DNA from: an uncultured virus (IMG/VR IMGVR_UViG_3300038828_000030)
Lineage: Duplodnaviria; Heunggongvirae; Uroviricota; Caudoviricetes
Length of the DNA stretch: 20,000 bases
IMG/VR virus record: IMGVR_UViG_3300038828_000030
Strand: one strand, 5' to 3'
The position numbers were made by a program, and so were the translations under genes. Below the pieces are notes generated by a model. That model searched no databases, was not told where the DNA came from, and saw only the letters and a program-made list of their open reading frames with translations. Below are positions 15,943 through 20,000 of this stretch, piece after piece. Within the stretch, counting starts at the first letter, position 1; the number at the start of each line of letters is the position of its first letter.

Positions 15943-16207
15943 CGAACTGGAAGCACTGGCAAAGCGCCACGGTGCACTGAGCTACCGCAACCGCGCAGAC
16001 ACGCAGAACCCGGCCTTCGGGTTTTCGGTGGCGGGGCTGGAAAGCCTTCTGGCCGAAGTCCGCAAGCGGGATGAGGCGCTGATCCGCCAGCTTGTCGAGG
16101 CGCTGGAGGATTTTGACGACGCGGGGCCAATTGGCGAGGGCTGGAAATCAGACCGGCTGTTATCGCTGCTCGCATCCGCCCGTGCGCGGCTGGAGGGCAA
16201 GCCATGA
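15929..16207 (+). CDS. Hypothetical phage protein (MALSDELE..., 92 aa)
   Basis: AGGAGG RBS; ATGA overlap downstream. Confidence 0.75.
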   Translation: MALSDELEALAKRHGALSYRNRADTQNPAFGFSVAGLESLLAEVRKRDEALIRQLVEALEDFDDAGPIGEGWKSDRLLSLLASARARLEGKP

Positions 16208-16494
16208 CCCACGACGAGATCATGGCGATGGCGCGCGAGGCTGGGTTCCGGACGGGGCAAATCAACCTGTCCAATGGCCCCCCTGTGCCGTTCATCGCCC
16301 CGGCATCCGGGACGAGCTGCATGTTCGAGCTGGAACGCTTCGCCGCCCTGGTAGCTTCCGCCGAGCGCGAGGCGTGCGCGGCGCTGATCGAGAGCACGAC
16401 AGAGCGCAGCAGATGGATTCGCTGCGGCATCAACGGCACGCCCATAGAGCCGTGCCAGTACGCCGCAGCGATCCGCGCAAGGGGCAAGCCATGA
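16204..16494 (+). CDS. Hypothetical phage protein (MTHDEIMAMAREAG...LERFAALV...EREACA...AAAIRARG)
   Basis: GGAGG RBS; motif pattern common in small betaproteobacterial phage ORFs. Confidence 0.8.
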   Translation: MTHDEIMAMAREAGFRTGQINLSNGPPVPFIAPASGTSCMFELERFAALVASAEREACAALIESTTERSRWIRCGINGTPIEPCQYAAAIRARGKP

Positions 16495-16583
16495 GCCGCC
16501 GCGCCCGCACCCGGCGCGACAAGCGCCAGCCCATCGCCCCGAGTTCACCGGCTGCGAAGCAGTCCGGTGGAATGAATGGTTAG
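16491..16583 (+). CDS. Short ORF MSRRARTRRDKRQP..., interrupted by and reading into attC9
   Basis: ATGA overlap; after ~14 codons it enters the attC. Confidence 0.4.
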   Translation: MSRRARTRRDKRQPIAPSSPAAKQSGGMNG

Positions 16584-16585
16584 CG
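16529..16585 (-). other. attC site 9 (57 bp) with a non-canonical R' box GATGGGC
   Basis: + strand GCCCATC-GCCCCGA-GTTCACC-GGCTGC-GAA-GCAGTCC-GGTGGAAT-GAATG-GTTAGCG. Confidence 0.8.
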
Positions 16586-16603
16586 AACTGAAAGGATGAA
16601 GAG

Positions 16604-16783
16604 ATGGACTTGGACGACGTAAAAGAAATCGTAGCCAGGGCGACTGACAACAATTACGAAGAAGTCGATATTGTGTGCCTCCAGTGGCTGGAAGGCATTA
16701 CGTATGGTCATGGAAAAGATGGCGAGACGGCTCGAAAGTTGCTCGCTATTGTGCGGGAACTCATTGATATTGATGCAGGCTAA
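16604..16783 (+). CDS. Cassette-borne hypothetical protein (59 aa, MDLDDVKEIVARATDNNYEEV...)
   Basis: AAGGA RBS after attC9; stop TAA inside GGCTAAC; below the ORF-track cutoff. Confidence 0.7.
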   Translation: MDLDDVKEIVARATDNNYEEVDIVCLQWLEGITYGHGKDGETARKLLAIVRELIDIDAG

Positions 16784-16833
16784 CGCCTGAGATAACCGGC
16801 TGCGCAGCAGTCCGGTTGATGGACGGGTTAGGC
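16778..16833 (-). other. attC site 10 (56 bp)
   Basis: + strand GGCTAAC-GCCTGA-GATAACC-GGCTGC-GCA-GCAGTCC-GGTTGATG-GACGG-GTTAGGC. Confidence 0.9.
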
Positions 16834-16862
16834 GCGCGGTTGATTGACGAAAGGACAGACGA

Positions 16863-17195
16863 ATGCACCCGAGAGAGAAAGCGGCTATTGCCGCAACCCT
16901 GAGCGATGCCGGACTGCTGGACCGCGTGCGCGCCGTGGCTGGCCGCGACGTTGGCGACCCGCTGAACAACGCGCAGGACAGCGTGGCGCTGCGCGAGCAG
17001 TTCGACCTGACGGTTGAGTTCACGCACAGCAGCGTGATGGCGTTCAACGATGACGGCGTGTGCGCGACGCTGCGCTGCCACGCGCCCGACTCGCAACAGT
17101 GGTCGCGGCGTGCCGCGTGCGTGGCGGTGGCCTCGATGTGGACCCCGGCCATTGGCAAAGCCGCGCGGGCGGCAAGCGCCCAACGCCTGAATTAA
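16863..17195 (+). CDS. Cassette-borne hypothetical phage protein (110 aa; DPLNNAQDSVAL...RRA motif)
   Basis: AAGGA RBS; stop inside attC11. Confidence 0.75.
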   Translation: MHPREKAAIAATLSDAGLLDRVRAVAGRDVGDPLNNAQDSVALREQFDLTVEFTHSSVMAFNDDGVCATLRCHAPDSQQWSRRAACVAVASMWTPAIGKAARAASAQRLN

Positions 17196-17233
17196 GCCGC
17201 GCCGAAGGCGTCGGCTTGAATTGCTTGTTAGAT
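17178..17233 (-). other. attC site 11 (56 bp, near-identical to attC5)
   Basis: First 44 nt identical to 14367-14410; ends TGCTT-GTTAGAT. Confidence 0.93.
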
Positions 17234-17258
17234 GGCTGGTGGAGAAACGCGAGAACCT

Positions 17259-17360
17259 ATGAACCGAGTGATTTTCGGAGACTGCCCGACAAAACCGCAT
17301 GGGCTTTGCCGGGTAAGTGTACGAAATCAGCGTACGGATGATCTGTCAAGGATTACTTGA
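17259..17360 (+). pseudogene. Truncated ORF starting MNRVIFGDC (N4/N6 DNA methylase-like N-terminus)
   Basis: IxxGDC start typical of beta-class amino-MTases; sequence unrelated after 9 codons, stop at codon 34. Confidence 0.4.
17285..17313. terminator. Imperfect hairpin between convergent operons (possible terminator)
   Basis: CCCGACAAAACC-GCAT-GGGCTTTGCCGGG; no clear U-tract. Confidence 0.3.
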
Positions 17361-18003
17361 CTGCTGGCCTCATTGCTTCGCGGGCGGCGTCGTAGTCCCG
17401 CTCGCAGGCGAGTCCTGCGGCATGAGCGCGGTCAGCCGCGTCTGCCAGGATTCCCGCTCGCTGGTCAGCGCGGCCGAGCACGTCGGCGAGCACACCGATG
17501 GCATCACCGGCTGGCGGCTGGTGTCCGGCAGCGGCGGGATTTGCGCCTGGCGTGCCGTCAGCGCGATAGCGTTGGACGAGGGTGGCGAGCTGGTCGCGCA
17601 GGCGGTGCTCAGCAGCGCGAGCACGATCACGGTCAGCAGCGAGGGCAGATTGGACACGTTGAGACTCCTTGGCGTTGGCTTCTAGGGTTGCGGTCAGGGA
17701 CTGCTCTTTGGCGGCGATGGCGCGCTCGCGCTCCAGCGCCTGCTGGCGGGCGTCGGATTCGGCCTTGGCGTAGTCGCCGACCAACTTGTCGATACGGGAT
17801 TCGGCCTGCGCCAGCTTGACCTGGACGCCGGCCGTGATCTCGCGTTGGCCTACAAACGCGGCGCCCAGCACGCCAAAGGCAATCGTCCAGGCCAGCGCCG
17901 ACCACGCGCGCGGCGCGACAAAGTGAGCGGCCACGGCCAGGCCGAACGCGGCCAGGATGGCGGTGTAGCCGGCGGTGCCGGTGAGGAAATTCAGGACGCC
18001 CAT
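17353..18003 (-). CDS. Rz-like i-spanin
   Basis: N-terminal hydrophobic segments, long coiled coil, C-terminal ADRAHAAGLACERDYDA; downstream of endolysin; GGAG before ATG 18003. Confidence 0.85.
   Translation of the reverse strand: MGVLNFLTGTAGYTAILAAFGLAVAAHFVAPRAWSALAWTIAFGVLGAAFVGQREITAGVQVKLAQAESRIDKLVGDYAKAESDARQQALERERAIAAKEQSLTATLEANAKESQRVQSALAADRDRARAAEHRLRDQLATLVQRYRADGTPGANPAAAGHQPPAGDAIGVLADVLGRADQRAGILADAADRAHAAGLACERDYDAAREAMRPAVK
17370..17657 (-). CDS. Rz1-like o-spanin lipoprotein embedded in the Rz gene
   Basis: AGGAG RBS, lipobox LSTAC, Pro-rich, CSPTC; nested in another frame. Confidence 0.8.
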   Translation of the reverse strand: MSNLPSLLTVIVLALLSTACATSSPPSSNAIALTARQAQIPPLPDTSRQPVMPSVCSPTCSAALTSERESWQTRLTALMPQDSPASGTTTPPAKQ

Positions 18004-18073
18004 AGGTCGCTCCAGTACGAGGCTGCCGCTAGCCACCACGCGGCGCAGTGCATGAAGATCATTCCCATAGCGA

Positions 18074-18796
18074 TCACGTCCAGCCCCCCCGCCTCTGCTT
18101 GAGTCGTTGCCACACAATGTACCCGCACAGCCCCACCACGGCCACCAGCAGCAGAGGCACAAGCCACTCGCCCAGGATGTCCGCGCTGGTCTTCACGTCG
18201 GCCAGCGTGCGGGCGGTTTCAGCCACGGTGGCGACAGCTGCCGTGCCGCCGCCGAGGACGGCCGCGCGGTTGATTTCCGAATGCGCCATCGGGCGCTCGG
18301 GCTCGACAGCGTGCGGCATCGGGTCGGGGTCGTCCTCCGGCTCGACCGCCGGATCGGCCGCTCGCGTGGGCGTCAGGTACAGCGCGCCCTCGGCCGCACG
18401 GCGGCGCGTCAGGCCCGGCAGCTCACGGCCGCCCGCCCTGTTCCAGAGGCCAAAGGCCCGTGCGGCGGCCTGGTGGTCGCCCTCGTTGTGCCGCTTGATG
18501 ACCGTGCTGCGTGCCATGCCGGCCACGCCGACGTTGAAGGCGAAGCTCACCAGCGCATCGAACTGCGGCTGCGTGGCGTGGCCCTTGGTCGCGCGCTCGA
18601 CGCCACGCTCGTACTCGACCAGCTCACGGCGCAGGCGAATCTCGGCCTCGGCGCGCGTGATCGTGTCGCCCTGCTTCACGCCCTTGGTAAAACCGTAGCC
18701 GATGGTCCATGGGTCGCTTGGTATTGGCTTGTACGCCTCAGCGCGGAAGCCTTCAAATTCCTTGATGAGGTTCAAACCAGCGCTGGAGATTTTCAT
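18074..18796 (-). CDS. GH24 lysozyme endolysin with C-terminal membrane extension
   Basis: IKEFEG...AY...D.WTIGYG.T, QFDALVSFAFNVG, GLTRRRAAE; C-terminal hydrophobic helix WLVPLLLVAVVGLCGYIVW. Confidence 0.93.
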   Translation of the reverse strand: MKISSAGLNLIKEFEGFRAEAYKPIPSDPWTIGYGFTKGVKQGDTITRAEAEIRLRRELVEYERGVERATKGHATQPQFDALVSFAFNVGVAGMARSTVIKRHNEGDHQAAARAFGLWNRAGGRELPGLTRRRAAEGALYLTPTRAADPAVEPEDDPDPMPHAVEPERPMAHSEINRAAVLGGGTAAVATVAETARTLADVKTSADILGEWLVPLLLVAVVGLCGYIVWQRLKQRRGGWT

Positions 18797-19125
18797 TTTT
18801 GTCCCCCCATGTGAGACTGGACCCACATCCACAGCGCTGCCGCCATTGCCAGCAGGGCTGACCATGCGCCGCCGCTCACCAGCTTTTCCAGCACGGCTAG
18901 GTTCAGAGCTTTGCGCGACTTCATCAGCTCGATCTGCTCCTTGTGGTACTCGCGGTGCAGGATGGGGTCGCCTTCGGGGAAGCCGGATAAAAAAATGGTG
19001 CGCACCTCCACGAACTTGGTGTCCATGTGCGCCACCAAGCGCTGCTCCATGTCGTCGAGGCGCGTCTCCACGAAGTCCGCGATGTCGCGCGGGTCGTTGG
19101 ATTCAGGACGGTTCTGGCGTGGCAC
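18793..19125 (-). CDS. Putative holin/lysis membrane protein (single C-terminal TM helix)
   Basis: Directly upstream of endolysin with ATGA overlap; FPEGDPILHREYH motif and hydrophobic C-terminus. Confidence 0.65.
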   Translation of the reverse strand: MPRQNRPESNDPRDIADFVETRLDDMEQRLVAHMDTKFVEVRTIFLSGFPEGDPILHREYHKEQIELMKSRKALNLAVLEKLVSGGAWSALLAMAAALWMWVQSHMGGQK

Positions 19126-19126
19126 T

Positions 19127-19903
19127 TCAAACCCGCCTGCGTTTCAGCGACCGCCCGATTGCCACCGCCGCCGCGCGTCCAGTACCTTCGGCGCTCTTGA
19201 ACGGAATCTCCAGCTTGTAGCCGTAGCTGCGCGTGAGCGCGAAGGGGCCGAAGGCGCGGATGCTCTTGTAGTGGAATGTGTCGCCGTGGCGCAGTACAAA
19301 ATGGCCGTAGGGGCCGTGACGGTGGATGGTTGGGTCACCGCTCACCACCACGGGGCGCGCAGTCACGTCACGGCCGAGCTTGACCGACAGCATGCTTGCC
19401 CGATTGCGCAGGCCGACCCACGCATACCGTGCGCGGAAGCTGCGGGGATGGTGGCCCCGGGCGTAGTAGCAGTCGCCACCGTAGGCGGGGTCGCTGTGGC
19501 TGACAAGAGGCACGCCGGCCGGCGCGGGCTTCACACGAATATCGAACCATTCGCCCGTTTCCGGGTCTTGCCAGCCGTAGCCGTCGCCGTTGAGGCTGAC
19601 GTTGTTGTCCCACGCAGAGAACAGACGGGGCAGGCGGTCGGCCTCACGCTTCACGAATGGCAAAACCAGCAGCATCACGATGGGCGCCGCGAGGTCGTAG
19701 AAGCGAACCTTGTTGTCGGCGGCTTTGGCTGACTCGCAACACGACTTGAGAGCGGCCTTGGTCGTGGCATCGAGGTCGAGCGCTTCAATCTCGGACAGCA
19801 CCTTCGTCGGGCTGGTCATCCAGGCGTACAGGGCGACCACGGTTGCGATGATGGCGATCAGGACGACCGCGCCGAGGGTGAGGTAGTAGCCAAAGTGCGT
19901 CAA
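19127..19903 (-). CDS. Uncharacterised phage membrane protein (258 aa)
   Basis: Two hydrophobic segments, WDN...L.GD and RYAWVGLRNRA motifs; TTG start overlaps the upstream stop. Confidence 0.7.
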   Translation of the reverse strand: MTHFGYYLTLGAVVLIAIIATVVALYAWMTSPTKVLSEIEALDLDATTKAALKSCCESAKAADNKVRFYDLAAPIVMLLVLPFVKREADRLPRLFSAWDNNVSLNGDGYGWQDPETGEWFDIRVKPAPAGVPLVSHSDPAYGGDCYYARGHHPRSFRARYAWVGLRNRASMLSVKLGRDVTARPVVVSGDPTIHRHGPYGHFVLRHGDTFHYKSIRAFGPFALTRSYGYKLEIPFKSAEGTGRAAAVAIGRSLKRRRV

Positions 19904-20000
19904 GTGATTGCTCCGTACCGCGTGCCGGTGTTGATCCAGGTGATGTAGGCGTTGCCCACGACCGCGGCGCCGCCAGCGGCATTGCCACCGCCACCGCCAT
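19900..20000 (-). CDS. C-terminus of a glycine-rich gp38-like receptor-binding adhesin (partial)
   Basis: Frame starting at 19998 reads GGGGGNAAGGAAVVGNAYITWINTGTRYGAIT*, resembling the GAAV.G...W.N.G..YG end of T2/S16-type gp38. Confidence 0.6.
   Translation of the reverse strand, partial: GGGGGNAAGGAAVVGNAYITWINTGTRYGAIT

Larger units (their letters stand above)
1..20000. mobile_element. Bacteriophage/prophage genome segment (early region, recombination genes, lysis module)
   Basis: Bet + YqaJ recombination pair, Cro-like HTH, phage-type MTase, endolysin + embedded spanins, many short ATGA-coupled ORFs; no host housekeeping genes seen. Confidence 0.95.

Noticed and set aside
8359..17233. 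Recurrent hairpins as a CRISPR array
   Set aside because: Repeats are not identical, spacing is hundreds of bp filled with ORFs, and no cas genes are present.
8359..17233. Hairpins as rho-independent terminators or REP elements
   Set aside because: No U-tracts. Conserved AAC/GTT boxes, fixed spacers, bulged G/T and cassette-specific end complementarity fit attC much better. A secondary role in RNA processing is not excluded.
1..20000. Integron integrase or any tyrosine/serine recombinase in the window
   Set aside because: No ORF in the six-frame track shows the R...HxxR...Y tyrosine-recombinase or serine-recombinase motifs.

Overview
GC-rich temperate-type (lambdoid-like) phage DNA, probably infecting a betaproteobacterium (host is inference). 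From left to right: (1) a leftward operon with a Cro-like HTH gene, a 19-aa minigene, a C5 cytosine methyltransferase carrying an overprinted beta-subunit-like ORF, and small ORFs; (2) a 170-bp divergent promoter region with three 14-bp operators but no cI gene; (3) a long rightward early operon (glycine-zipper lipoprotein, hexapeptide-repeat protein, Bet + YqaJ recombination pair, many small ORFs); (4) a convergent leftward late/lysis module (gp38-like adhesin C-terminus, membrane protein, putative holin, GH24 endolysin, Rz/Rz1 spanins). The key observation is that the distal early operon (8359-17233) contains integron-type gene cassettes: 12 attC sites (9 distinct) and 3 attI-like simple sites (2 distinct), with no integron integrase in the window. 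Every attC is inverted relative to its cargo gene, so the phage coding strand is the recombinogenic 'bottom' strand. The cargo looks like phage genes, cassette ends are complementary in a cassette-specific way, and a 3004-bp tandem duplication ends at the attC crossover point. This suggests a phage accessory-gene shuffling system that uses an integron integrase supplied in trans.
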